Below are positions 27,020 through 38,453 of a stretch of DNA of 64,000 nucleotides, in pieces. The stretch covers positions 770,515 through 834,514 of the forward strand of contig OZ316897.1 in assembly GCA_973895155.1 (NCBI GenBank). The letters are read 5' to 3'. Made by a program: the position numbers and the translations under genes. Within the stretch, counting starts at the first letter, position 1. The number at the start of each line of letters is the position of its first letter. The DNA is from Marsupella aquatica (taxonomy: Eukaryota; Plantae; Marchantiophyta). The notes beneath the pieces are model-generated. The model had not been told where the DNA came from and did no database searches. It saw only the letters and a program-made list of their open reading frames with translations.

Positions 27020-30000
27020 TCATTCCGAAATAAGAGATCCGTATTCATCAATAATCATGTCAGCACCAAGCTCCTGTTGGATTTCAAAATTGACATCTGA
27101 AGTACTTTGTTCTACCCAATAAGGAGAAGTCCAAACAGGAGTTATGAACCCCAATTCTCCCCTCTTATACTCCTCCTTATTGAGAATTGAAGGAGCAGCT
27201 TCCAATGATATTTCTTGGCCTCGATTTGGCCCACTTTTCCACACGTAACATCGTGCGTCGCGTTCCAATGACCTCCATCCAGTTGATCCAACTCTATTCC
27301 CTTTCTTTTTTGAGAACGGAAGGACAACAGGACTCCTCGAGTGTGAACGAACGAACACCAATTTGTCATCAGAAGCTGAAAAGAGTGTGTCAGGACAAGT
27401 TGAAGCACCTGCCTGGTTGTCAGCAGCCGTTGATGCATTTCCTCCTGGATTGATGGGAATGTCAGGCAATCCGCCGGCTTCCCCACGAGTCAATTCGTTA
27501 GTTTCAGCTTCATTTGAATCTCCAAGCCTCGTTGCGCCTTCGTTGATCAGATTGGTTGAAGAAAGATGATCAAACATATCAACCCTTGCTCCTTCCAGTT
27601 GCTCCATCTGTCCTCCCGGCGTTGTTGGATTGGGATCATCCTTGTCCAAGTTATCATCAACTTGAACTTCATGGGGCCCCGGAGGGATGTCATCTAAACC
27701 AGATGAACGGTTTGGTGCAAGTCCAATATCATCATCTACATCGTAAGGCTCACCTTGACCAACACGGTCATCCAAATTTTTGACATATGCCTCGTCTGAT
27801 GCCTCTACGCCTTTAGCCACTTTGTCAGCAACATCTTCAGACTCAGAACCGTCGGATTCAACAGCGACAGCTACAGCCGCAATAGTGGTAGCCCATTGTC
27901 GAGAATTTTCAGCAAGTGATTCACAATGGGCTTTAAGTGAGGGAACTCTCTCGCAAAGGTAGGAAGCAAAAGCTTCCACAAAATGCCTCTCGGACTGAGA
28001 GTCACAATAAACAAAGCATTCCCTATCGCAAAAAAATGATGTCTTCATGACTTGGCCACCGGAGAAAAAATCTAGAACCAAATCTCCCGGTTCTGATAAG
28101 GATTCAATAATCCTTCGGATCATCCGCGTGGGTTTGGCATGAGGATTAACCCATCCTCCGCGACTACCAACTGTCTCAAATCGAGGGGCCATATTCATAA
28201 TCTTGACGGCCTCTTCCGGGTCCAAAACCACTTTTAGGTCGTCGTTTTGTGTCCCCTCATCTGATTCCTTAGCTTTCCCCTTTCCCTTGTCGATCTTGCA
28301 TACTTCATAATCAACATCCTTTGAAGTATACAAGAATTTTGGCTTTGGATAGTTGGGCTTGAAAACTTCATTCCAATTGACATCTTCATCTCGAGAAATC
28401 CCTGCAAAGATAACTTCTTCAATCCCTCCACCCCAACATGAGTCATGAGGGTGCGGTTGATCATCTCGTGAATAACTCCCATACTCAATGTGAATGGTCA
28501 AAGCTTTCTCTTGTCCCAATTTACGAAGGGCACCATGGACATTCAGTGCAAGTTGTCCAGGATGAACTGTTATCGTCACCACAATCGTGGGATTTTGTGG
28601 AAGCTCCACAATGTATTCAAAGAGAACAAGAATCTCTGCTTCAGTCCACTGTTTTTGTGGAAGCCGGCTAAAATCAACAATGGCAAGAGGGCAGGTCGGA
28701 GGAGCTTCTTGCAATGACTCTGGATCAATGGTCTTCATGAGATTGTCGCTAAAAAATGTAACCCATGGTAGGGTCCGAGAACGTGATCCTCCGCCAAATC
28801 TCTGGCAGTATATATCATCTAGGCGGAATACCAATGCCGTCGGCAAGATTGCGCTCTCCCGCGTATGATTTGGCTTTAAAAGGTTGGCAAGATAGACCTC
28901 GCCAGCGGCTCTTCGACACCTGCTGAACTCTGAATCAATTGCTAGCGTAGGAAGAACCTCAACTACTTTCCCCCAATTAGTATTTGTCGGGAAATTCACC
29001 GCATCCTTGGTGCAATAGTAGTCTTCAATAAGGGACTTGAGTTTCCGCACGATCTTCACATCTTTGGCCAACTCCTCTATAGATGGCATGTCTGATTTAT
29101 TAGAGGCATCTTTCTTTAGCAATACCTTTCCTGACTTCACCCGCGTCAGTATTCTTGTGATGTCTCGTTGTGAGATCAACTCACCATCAAAACAACGAAA
29201 CATGGCAACAGTAATTGCTTTTTCAGACTTCTCATTTCCTTCTACACCAGCTCCATCGGGAAGTTTCCCATCCAACCACAATTGGCATACCAAACTCCAT
29301 AAATCAAAAAGAGCATTGTCGGCAAACAGTAACCAGTAGACATTACGACAATCTTTCCTTCCCATGGTCATTCTTGCAAGAGCCAACCAATCCTACAATT
29401 GCAAAGGAAAGTCTGTTAGTTCTCCATAACTCAATTGTTTGAAAGCACTCAGGTGCGGACTGAGACCATCCCAGTCCAACACAGAAGTAGACAGTATCAG
29501 TGGAAATATTATATTGAATGTGCATGATTTAGTTTGGACTAGGACCATCCCAATCCAAAACAAAACTAGACGGTATCAGTGGAGAAATATTCTACTGAAT
29601 GTGCATGAATCCATTTGGACTGGGACCATCCCAGTCCAACACAAAACTAGACAATATCAGTGGAAATAGTCTATTGAATGTGCATGAATCCATTTGGACT
29701 GGGACCATCCCAGTCCAACACAAAACTAGACGATATCAGTGGAAATATTCTACTGAATGTGAATGTATCCATTTGGACTCGGACCATCTCAATCCAAAGC
29801 AAACTTGAAGCTTTGTGGTCAAAGACTACCATCTCAATTGTAATCACACATGGAGAGTCTACGGTATTGTACCAATCAAGCAGTAACACTTCATACCTGA
29901 AATTTTTGATTGTCTTGAGCGTTTGTTTTGTTGTCCCCATGTTTTGGCCGGCTAGGTTTTCCACATTCCACAAATTGCCGCCTAGCATGAACGACTGTAT

Positions 30001-32153
30001 CTTTGAAGCATGACTGAAACACCATCGTGCTATTGATAGCATTAGATCGCATTGAATGCTCAACTAATATTGATGATGGTGTTCGATGAGATAATATTCT
30101 TGACTTTCGAAATTCCAGCTTTTTTGCCAATGCTGTTAGCTTGGCATCCTTGTTTGCCCATTCTCGAATCCATCTGGCTGCTCTGGCTGAATGTTGACCG
30201 CTAATGGCAAGGAATTGAACCTCCCCCTTTTTCACGGCTGCTACAAAGTCCCTCCTATCTGATTCCGTGTTGTCATATTGCATTAGGTTTCTATGTTTTG
30301 TAGTGTAAGGAATCAAGTCTGCTATGTGTGGTTCATGCCCCGGATTTCTTATCATGGAATTGGCCACCTCCTTTACATGGTCTGCATTCAACATTCTGTA
30401 ACAGAGTCTTGCCGACGCAGGGAAAATACTCTCTACGGGAATAGAAAATATCAAATTGATCCCAAACGTATAATATTGCTCCATTTGTTGTAGTACCTCA
30501 TTACCTTCTAAGACCTTCTTCTCCTCAGGAGCGTCCAACTGCTCGTCCATATCTTGTGAATGCACTGTCAGGTTTTCTGTAGTGTCATCCTTGATGACAC
30601 TGTCAATTTTCTGTTTCTTCTTTTGTCTTGGCCTCTTTTCACTTGCACTTGGCTTCTGTACCGGATGTTTCTTCTCAACTGGCTTCTCAACTTGGCTTCT
30701 CGTACTCGGCTTCTCAACTGGCTTCTGAACTCGGCTTCTCATACTCGGCTTCTCAACCAGCTTCTCAACTGGAAGTTTCTTTTCAACCGGAGGTTTCCTT
30801 TGGCTTTGTTTTTGTTTTCCCACTGCTCTTTGAGAGGTTGCTGCTGTAGTTCCCGCGGTCTCTGTTGTAGGTTCTGGAGCTTTCTCTGGCGCCTTCTCGG
30901 GCACAGGGTTTGTATTCACCGTTGGAAGGTTTCTCGTCTTTGACAAAGATTCTATCCATTGCTTTGCTTTGACTAAATCAAAGTTGGGATCAAATGCAAC
31001 ATCCTTATCAATTAAAACACCAGGCTCCTCTGACTCCAACGATAACAATCCAACTTTCTCAAGTAAATTGCTTAACGTCCAAGTAGTTGCAAAAGAGAAA
31101 TTGCCTTGGTGCTTCATCATGTTGAGTTTCAAATATTGAAACCCATACATAATGTCGACTGGAAGCATACCAGTTACCCCGATGACCAACTTCTTTGTGT
31201 CATATGTCTTTGGAAAAAATCCCATTGACAAAACGCTCAATTCACCACTTGCGTGCCATTCGACATTGAATTCTGAGGAGTATGCCTTTGACATAAGGTT
31301 AACTTTAACCCAGCATGACCTATCGTGCATCTCCAGAATGACCGAATTCATCCCTCTCCCTCCAATGCCAACAGAGACCATAGGTCCGCAAACCAAAGTC
31401 AGGCTATCATTTGCTCTGCACTTTAAGGTCAAAACAGGTTCAATCGTGCTTGATGGCACTTCATTATTAAGCGGGGTTCTTGAGAACTCAAGCCCCCATC
31501 GGAAGCCTGGGGATCTCTCATCTAGTAAGAATCCGTCCCGGCAGTCGGTCGGTGCAATCGCGGGTTTGAAACCAACAAGATCGCTCCCTGCATCATAAAA
31601 ACATCATCCATGTTAGACTTATTAAGTTTAAAACATTTGAATAACTCTTGTTGGATTAGGATGGTCCTAGTCCAACTTGAGATGGTTTTAGTCTTGCTCC
31701 TACAATCGAGATTCAATCTCCTGGATGGATTAGGATCATCCGAGTCCAAGTTTGGATTGGGATCATCCGAGTCCACGTTTGAATTAGGATCATCTGAGTC
31801 CAAGTTCGGATTGGGATCATCCGAGTCCAACTTTGGACTGGGATCATCCGAGTCCAACTTTGGATTGGGATCATCCGAGTCCATGTTTGGATTAGGATCA
31901 TCTGAGTCCAAGTTCGGATTGAGATGGTCCGAGTCCAAGTTTGGATTGGGATCATCCGAGTCCAACTTTGGACTCGGATGGTCCCAGTCCTCTAAGACTT
32001 AGGGAGGATAGGTGATGGATACTTACTAGGGATTCTTGATTGAAATTGTTTGGAGTCTTCAAGTGCCAGTTCTACACTGTCGCTCATAGAGGAGAGGTCA
32101 AACTCCTCTGTTGCTTCCACGGAGGACTTCACAAGGACGCGATTCGCTTCCAT
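27020..32153 (-). CDS. Intact 3-exon gene (~1396 aa): ParB/Srx-like domain + degenerate beta-class N4/N6 DNA methyltransferase-like domain (element C)
   Basis: Exons 32153-32027, 31587-29897 and 29392-27020 join in frame through GT-AG introns (phase 1, then 0). ParB-like IPVESIFP..RMLNADHVKEVANSM..FLAISGQHSARA. MTase-like LAIVDFS (motif IV position) and NPHAKPTRMIRRIIESLSEPGDLVLDFFSGG (motif X-I). Confidence 0.75.
29455..29800. repeat. Intronic array (~78-bp unit) of the C palindrome TTGGACTGGGA-N3-TCCCAGTCCAA
   Basis: Perfect copy at 29615-29639; lies within intron 29393-29896. Confidence 0.9.
31725..31990. repeat. Intronic 27-bp tandem array of the C palindrome (~10 copies)
   Basis: Unit ttggattgggatcatccgagtccaagt, within intron 31588-32026. 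Confidence 0.92.
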
Positions 32154-33214
32154 CTTTCTGACACGTGGCAGAGTGACACATGGCTTCTTAGCAGGCGTCC
32201 GATTTAGGGCAATGAAAAAGAATGGAGGTGGAGGCGGAAGCAGGCAGAGGCGGGGAGGCGGAGAGAGAGCGGAGAGCAAAGAGCGAGGAGAGCGAGCGAG
32301 TGAAGGCAAAGAGCAGAGAGCGGAGGCGGAGAGTGGAGAGCGTGAGCAGAGTGAGGAGCGAAAGAGTGAGAATGAGAATGAGGTCCTGGCTGGACCTCTC
32401 CGTCCCTTTACCCCCTCCTGCCTCACCCCGGCCTGCGTACGGCCGGTTGCCTCCTTCTCCTACGTACGGCCTGATAGTGCGTACGGCTTGCTCCTGCGTA
32501 CGGCCCGTTGCCCGCACCCTGCATACGGGCCTCCTTCCTTGATGTCCTGCCTACCTAACAGCCTTGCACGGTAGTCCCCGCGCAATTAGGCTCGTGAAGA
32601 TAAGGTGTGCCGCAAGCTAAGGTGAAGGGGTACTCAACCCTTATCTTCACGCGATTTCCATTTGAGCCGACTCGAGCAAAGGGTATATTTCGGGAGACGC
32701 CCACTTCGGAGCTCATTCTTGTTCTAGTTTCCCAAATCTAAGCTCCATGTAATCCGGAGTTTCTCTTAAAGTGTTATGTATTGAGCCACTTACCTTCAAT
32801 GGGTCAGCTTAGCCAGCTTCTTGACTTTTGGGGTCCTCTCAGTTTATCTTTTACAGACATGTGTGGTTTAGGGTTCAGTTTGTTTTTTACTCCCAAGATT
32901 TAGTGGCATATAGCTTGTATTTCAGGGTTCTGGGAAAGTTTTTACCAATCTACAGACAACAATGTATCCCCCTTGGATGTGATATTCATATTCTACCAGA
33001 TCTTAATACTAAGGTGAGTATAAGGTTAACGCATTCAAATATAAGGCTAGGTTTCATTATTTCATGAAACTGTATGTAGACATTAGGGTCTACCTTAAGA
33101 CCACGCAAACTTTAGGCTACACCATATAGGGAGATCCGTAAAATACGGAGTCTTCCTAAATTTGGAATTTTCTTAGCTTAAAATGTTTGAAGTTTATCTC
33201 CCGTTACATTATGG

Positions 33215-34012
33215 GTTGGTCTAGGATGGTCCTAGTCCAAGTTTGGATTCAGATGTGGACTAGGATCATCCGAGTCCAACTTTGCATTGGGATCATCCGA
33301 GTCCAACTTTGGATTGGGATGGTCCGAGTCCAAGTTTAAACTTGGATGGTCCAAGTCCTAGTTTGGATTGGGATGGTCCGAGTCCAAGTTTGGACTTGGA
33401 TGGTCCAAGTCCTAGTTTGGATTGGGATGGTCCGAGTCCAAGTTTGGATTAGGATGGTTCAAGTCCAACTTTGGATTGGGATGGTCCGAGTCCAAGTTTG
33501 GACTTGGATGGTCCAAGTCCTAGTTTGGATTGGGATGGTCCGAGTCCAAGTTTGGATTAGGATGGTCCGAGTCCAACTTTGGATTGGGATGGTCCGAGTC
33601 CAAGTTTGGACTTGGATGGTCCAAGTCCTAGTTTGGATTGGGATGGTCCGAGTCCAAGTTTGGATTGGGATGGTCCTAGTCCAACTTTGGACTGGGATGG
33701 TCCCAGTCCAAATCCAGAATCGGAGGATCGTACTCCAAATCTAGACTCGGAGGATTCCAGTCCAAATCCGGACTCGGATGGTCCCAATCCAAATCCATAA
33801 TCGGAGGATCGTAGTCCAAATCTAGACTCAGAGGATTGCAGTCCAAATCCGGACTTGGATGGTCCCGGTCAAAATCCGGACTCGGATGGTCCTAGTCCAA
33901 ATCCAGAATCAGAGGATCGTAGTCCAAATCCGGACTTGGATGGTCCCGGTCCAAATCCGGAATTGAAGGATCGTAGTCCAAATCCAGACTTTGAGGATCG
34001 CAGTCTGAATCA
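33215..34012. repeat. 27-bp tandem array of the C palindrome upstream of the Sola1-like transposase
   Basis: Unit ttggattgggatggtccgagtccaagt and variants over ~800 bp. Confidence 0.92.
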
Positions 34013-34051
34013 AAATTTGCATGACTTTGGTTGTAATCCATTTTTTTCAGT

Positions 34052-37000
34052 GTGCAGGATAATAGGAAAAGGATGTCTCAAAGGTTTTCTAGGGGCGATG
34101 ATGTGACCTTGACAATGGATGGTTACGACGTTGGAAATGGGACAGTTCAAAAGACAGATCCGCAAGAGAGTGTTCAAAATATTGTGCTGGGAGAGAATCG
34201 AATTGGGGTTCTCATTGAGAAGGCCTTTGGTGAGACCAGGAAGCTCCCTTTTCCAATGCCTAGGGCGGAAAATCTTCATGATGCCATTGACTCATGTGTC
34301 ATTTGGGATATGTCATGTGCATATCGATCTGCGGATAAGATTACTCAAAAACGCATCAGTATTGGTAGTTGTTCCACTCGAAAAGATAACAACATCCATA
34401 ATTCTGCAAATGTACAGGAGGATGCTTCGACCACCCTAAGGCCAGGTGATGAGGTTGAAATGTTTATCTCTGGCCATTGTGTGGCCTTTGGAGTTGTTTT
34501 CAACACTGATCCAATGGAGAGATGTCATAACATATTACTCGGTGAGTCTCGGGTTAGTGTAAAAATCACAGATGTGATTCATGGTAGTAAGACTTTACCT
34601 TACGCACATGGTGGAGCTGCAACAATTGAAGAGGCAAAGGGCTCCTGGGTTCTATGGGATGTGGTTGACGTCCACAATAAAGTATGGAATGTTGATATCG
34701 ATGGGAGCAACAAATCTTCCTCTAAGAAGCAGAAGGACAAGGCGGATTTTGTTTCACAGTCTTGTTCGGCAAACACCACAGACACTAAGTGTGACTATTT
34801 TCATCGGGCAAACTGGATGTCAGAGTTGGTTGAACTCTACACTGGTTTGGATCGAACCAAAATGGTTGCCACGGGAACGATCACTATCCCTCAAGTGATG
34901 GCGGCAGTTGATGATGAAATTCTTGGTGATGACCATGTTGGGATTGCTGTGAAAGATGTCGTGGCAGCACAATACTTTCCCAACATCCACAAGGGAGTAG
35001 TGAGTTTGATTCGATGGCGGATTGATTCAACAAAACTAGTTGCAAATGGAAAATTTTTGTCAGATATTTTGGTGGAAGGTTCTGAAAGGATGGACTCAAT
35101 GGATAGGGATGAACTCAATGCGGATGTAAGTGATAGAGGAGTACTGCGTTCAAGGCCCTACAATTTTAACAAGAGGAATCAAGTAGATCCAAATGAAAAG
35201 AAGAGGAGGTTGTTGGAAAGCAAGGCAATTTCAAAAACAACAGAGGCGTCAATTGATGACGTGAAAAGAGAAAATTGTTGCAAGCAAAAATGTTGTCTCA
35301 TTATGCCAAGGGAAAACATCGAAGATATTAGGATGGAATTTCATGGGATGTCAAGCGAGTCAAAAACGTCACACATTTTCAACCTCTTTCACTATAGAGA
35401 GGATGATGTTCGTGATAAGGGACACCATGTTCTTAAGGGTATGGTCGTATGCAGACATGCATTTGCAATTATCCACGGTTTTAGCCACACCAAATATTAT
35501 GATTACAAAAGGAGATATGTGGAGGGTTGCAAAATTGGGTTCCATGGCAATACGGGCTTGATGAAAACAAGGGCAAATACCTTGCATGCACGAGCTCTGT
35601 TGGAGGCTTTTTTGACTCGAAATGCAGAGCCCATGCCTCATATGCCTTATGGAGGGGCACATGGGACAGACTCTATTGAGTACCGTCTTCCGGCGTGTTA
35701 CAAAAAGCTAGAGATTCTGGAAGATGTGAGAACAAAGATGAAGGAAGAAGGGCTTCCTCCTGTCACAGAGAATACTCTCTACAAGATCTGGAGTAACTCA
35801 TTTGCAAACTTCAGTTTTCATAAAGATGGTGCATTTGCCAAGTGTACTCTTTGTTGTGAATACAAAGACAGTTTGATGCGAGAAAGAAGGAAAAAAGAAC
35901 GTGCTGAAATTGAAGAAAAACGAGCGCAACATCTTCGTGAGCAAATGTCACGTAGATATGTTTACTACGCTCATCGAGTGATGGCCAAACAACACCCAGG
36001 AGAATATCTTTGCATTATTCACGACAAGATGGATCAAGCAAAGACATGGATTCCAAAAATGGTTAGTACTCCTAAATCTCTTTCGGGTCATGGAATGCCG
36101 CTACCTATTGCTCTCACAGGGATGTTGACCCACGGGAGGGATCCAGGAGTTTATGCACACTTTAGTGTCACTGGCCTTTGGCCAGGAGATGCCGATTTCA
36201 CGGTGACATCCTTGGCTAAGTGTCTTCGAGACCTTGAAGAGTACAATGGAGACAAGACAGGTGACATGTTGGATGGCCTTCATTGGGAACCTCACAGACC
36301 TTTCTTTCAAGCCCTACTTGACTTTGAAGCATTTTTGACGGGTTATTTGGAACCAAAGAATATACCGGTGAATAGGTATATTGGTTCTGAAGATAGAGCT
36401 GAGAGTCGGACTGAGACCGTCCCAAACCAGCAAGATGAGGATGATGGAGAAGACATGCAAGGAGAGCAAGGCAGTCCATCGTTCAAGCCCTTGCCAAGGC
36501 ACCTAACATTGCAGATGGATAATTCAGCAAAGGACAACAAAAACCAGACTGTCATGGCATTTTGTAGCGAGCTTGTGAGTAGAGGAGTATTTGAAACTGT
36601 TCAAATGTCTTTTCTAATGGTTGGTCATACGCATGAAGATGTTGATGCACTCTTTTCAAAGGTATCATATCAAGTTCAGCACAAAGAAGTTGCAACCCTC
36701 CTTGCTCTTATGGCAGAGGTATGGGAATGCGAGAGCATTCATCCAGTTCCCAGATTGATACAAGAAGTTGCATCTTACAAAGAATATCTTCAAACTTTCA
36801 AGGTGAAAGATATTCAAGGTCACTCAAAACCTGTATCATTTCTTTTCTCTATGAGAGATAATGTACCAATATTTCAGTATAAGTCCCATGTAAAGCAAGC
36901 TTGGGCTCCACTTGGTGGAAGGTGCATTTGGGCAACAGATCTGACAACAAATTCTCTTCTTTTACCAAGTGGAGAGCCCTTAGATAAATCCATTGGAGAG

Positions 37001-37834
37001 ATACACAAAAAATCTGAAGAGATTATCCCATTTCTTAACAAGTACCTTGATTTTTTGAGAAGGAGTTGCACTGATGAGACATCTATAGCATATAAGGAAA
37101 GATTTCCTCTTGTGAAATATTGGGAGAGAATTGTGGAGTTGTTGACAAATGGGCTCGCACTAGAAGGGGAGGGAAGTACTCAATTTCCCTTGGAAAACAG
37201 ATTTTGGCCTAAGACTAACCACGGCACTGGTTACAAGGTCAACCAACCGGAACAAAGTGGTCCTCCAAGTGAAGATGAGGAGAATGCAGAGATGACGGCT
37301 CTTCAAAATGAGGTCTTGGAAGAGATGGAAGATCAGGCAGCACCATTTGTTGGATCTCGAGCTGAGAGAGAACAAGGACGATGGATTCCTTTACAAGATA
37401 TTTGTGAAGGAAACTTTGTATTTCTTCGACCCGAGGATGACTGGGAGAATAAAAATGGTGGAGGTCATTTCTGGTTGGTGAGAGCTTTGGGTTTGGTGGA
37501 CCCAAAGCATGAAGTCCCAACTACATCTTCAACAAACCCTTCTCTGCCTCGACAGTACGCTCCAATGTTCCCAGTTGAATGGTGGAGGCCTAAACACTCT
37601 AGTAAACTTGATGTGACTGAGAGTGCGCGGTATCTAAATTGTTTCATGTCCACTAAGACATGGGAACGAGATCCAGGGTTTGGTGAGAATACTCAACATT
37701 GGCAGTATGCAAATTCTGCAATGTATGGTTTTAAATCTGGAATGAAAGAAGAAAACATGGCAGGCAGAGGTTTGAAGATCCCTCGAAATGTTCTACAAAC
37801 TGTCCAAAATTATCTTCAAAGGATGGACAAGTAG
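34052..37834 (+). CDS. Sola1-like DDD transposase, uninterrupted 1260-aa frame, with three N-terminal repeats of a Tnp1/En-Spm-like accessory domain
   Basis: CCKQKCC, CRHAFAIIHG, CTLCCEYK..HLREQ, IIHDKMDQAK, LQMDNSAKDNKN, FLMVGHTHEDVDALFS. First ATG at 34073; an upstream exon is possible (acceptor-like site near 34057). Confidence 0.82.
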   Translation: MQDNRKRMSQRFSRGDDVTLTMDGYDVGNGTVQKTDPQESVQNIVLGENRIGVLIEKAFGETRKLPFPMPRAENLHDAIDSCVIWDMSCAYRSADKITQKRISIGSCSTRKDNNIHNSANVQEDASTTLRPGDEVEMFISGHCVAFGVVFNTDPMERCHNILLGESRVSVKITDVIHGSKTLPYAHGGAATIEEAKGSWVLWDVVDVHNKVWNVDIDGSNKSSSKKQKDKADFVSQSCSANTTDTKCDYFHRANWMSELVELYTGLDRTKMVATGTITIPQVMAAVDDEILGDDHVGIAVKDVVAAQYFPNIHKGVVSLIRWRIDSTKLVANGKFLSDILVEGSERMDSMDRDELNADVSDRGVLRSRPYNFNKRNQVDPNEKKRRLLESKAISKTTEASIDDVKRENCCKQKCCLIMPRENIEDIRMEFHGMSSESKTSHIFNLFHYREDDVRDKGHHVLKGMVVCRHAFAIIHGFSHTKYYDYKRRYVEGCKIGFHGNTGLMKTRANTLHARALLEAFLTRNAEPMPHMPYGGAHGTDSIEYRLPACYKKLEILEDVRTKMKEEGLPPVTENTLYKIWSNSFANFSFHKDGAFAKCTLCCEYKDSLMRERRKKERAEIEEKRAQHLREQMSRRYVYYAHRVMAKQHPGEYLCIIHDKMDQAKTWIPKMVSTPKSLSGHGMPLPIALTGMLTHGRDPGVYAHFSVTGLWPGDADFTVTSLAKCLRDLEEYNGDKTGDMLDGLHWEPHRPFFQALLDFEAFLTGYLEPKNIPVNRYIGSEDRAESRTETVPNQQDEDDGEDMQGEQGSPSFKPLPRHLTLQMDNSAKDNKNQTVMAFCSELVSRGVFETVQMSFLMVGHTHEDVDALFSKVSYQVQHKEVATLLALMAEVWECESIHPVPRLIQEVASYKEYLQTFKVKDIQGHSKPVSFLFSMRDNVPIFQYKSHVKQAWAPLGGRCIWATDLTTNSLLLPSGEPLDKSIGEIHKKSEEIIPFLNKYLDFLRRSCTDETSIAYKERFPLVKYWERIVELLTNGLALEGEGSTQFPLENRFWPKTNHGTGYKVNQPEQSGPPSEDEENAEMTALQNEVLEEMEDQAAPFVGSRAEREQGRWIPLQDICEGNFVFLRPEDDWENKNGGGHFWLVRALGLVDPKHEVPTTSSTNPSLPRQYAPMFPVEWWRPKHSSKLDVTESARYLNCFMSTKTWERDPGFGENTQHWQYANSAMYGFKSGMKEENMAGRGLKIPRNVLQTVQNYLQRMDK

Positions 37835-38085
37835 ACTTAGTTGTTAGAAGCTATAATAATTAAATAGATAGTTACTAGTTTTTATGTAACTAAGATAGTC
37901 ACTCATTCAAACATAGTAATTTATGTACTAGTTATTTACTATTCTAATAGTTTTAATGTGATACTATCTCCTCATTTTCTAAACTTTTGATCATTATAAA
38001 TATGAATGTTTGCTTTTTCTACATAATTAAAAATGTTTTTCTATTCATTCCTTTCTTTTAAATGATTATAATAAGAGTTGGTAGG

Positions 38086-38410
38086 CAAATGTACACTTTT
38101 TAGGCCAAATGTACACTTTATTGCACTAAAAGTTACACTTTCTAGACCAAATGCACTTAAATGTACACTTGTTAAGCCAAATGTATGCATTTTGCACTCA
38201 AATGTACACTTTCTAGGCCAAATGTACTCAAATGTACACTTTTAAAGCCAAATGTATCTATTTTGATGTTCAAATTTACACTTTTCATTGCCCAAATGTA
38301 CACTCTTTAGGCCAATTGTAAACTTTTCTATCCCCAAATGTACACTTTTCATTGGCCAAATGTACACTTTTCCAAGCCCAAAAGTACACTTTTCACTGCC
38401 CAAATGTACA
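38086..38410. repeat. Right subterminal AAATGTACACTT repeats of element C
   Basis: More than ten exact or degenerate copies just inside the right TIR. Confidence 0.9.
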
Positions 38411-38453
38411 TAAATCAAATAATAATACACTTTTAATGAATAGGCTGATAACT

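Larger units (their letters stand above)
25361..38450. mobile_element. Element C: 13.1-kb Sola1-like DNA transposon with cargo, nested in B
   Basis: TIR TATCAACCTATTCATTAAAAGTGTATT (25361-25387) vs AATACACTTTTAATGAATAGGCTGATA (38424-38450), 26/27 match. AAATGTACACTT subterminal repeats at both ends; internal intact transposase. TSD ambiguous (TA, or an offset AACTAT). Confidence 0.88.

Noticed and set aside
13343-32153. Prophage, plasmid or bacterial contamination suggested by ParB and MTase motifs
   Set aside because: The genes have spliceosomal introns and lie inside eukaryotic TIR elements with Ulp1, F-box and telo-boxes; no ParA, terminase or capsid genes were seen.
32050-32574. GA/CT-rich low-complexity ORFs here and at 46221-46607
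   Set aside because: Compositional artefacts of 5'UTR/promoter-like tracts; only 32027-32153 on the minus strand is supported, as exon 1.
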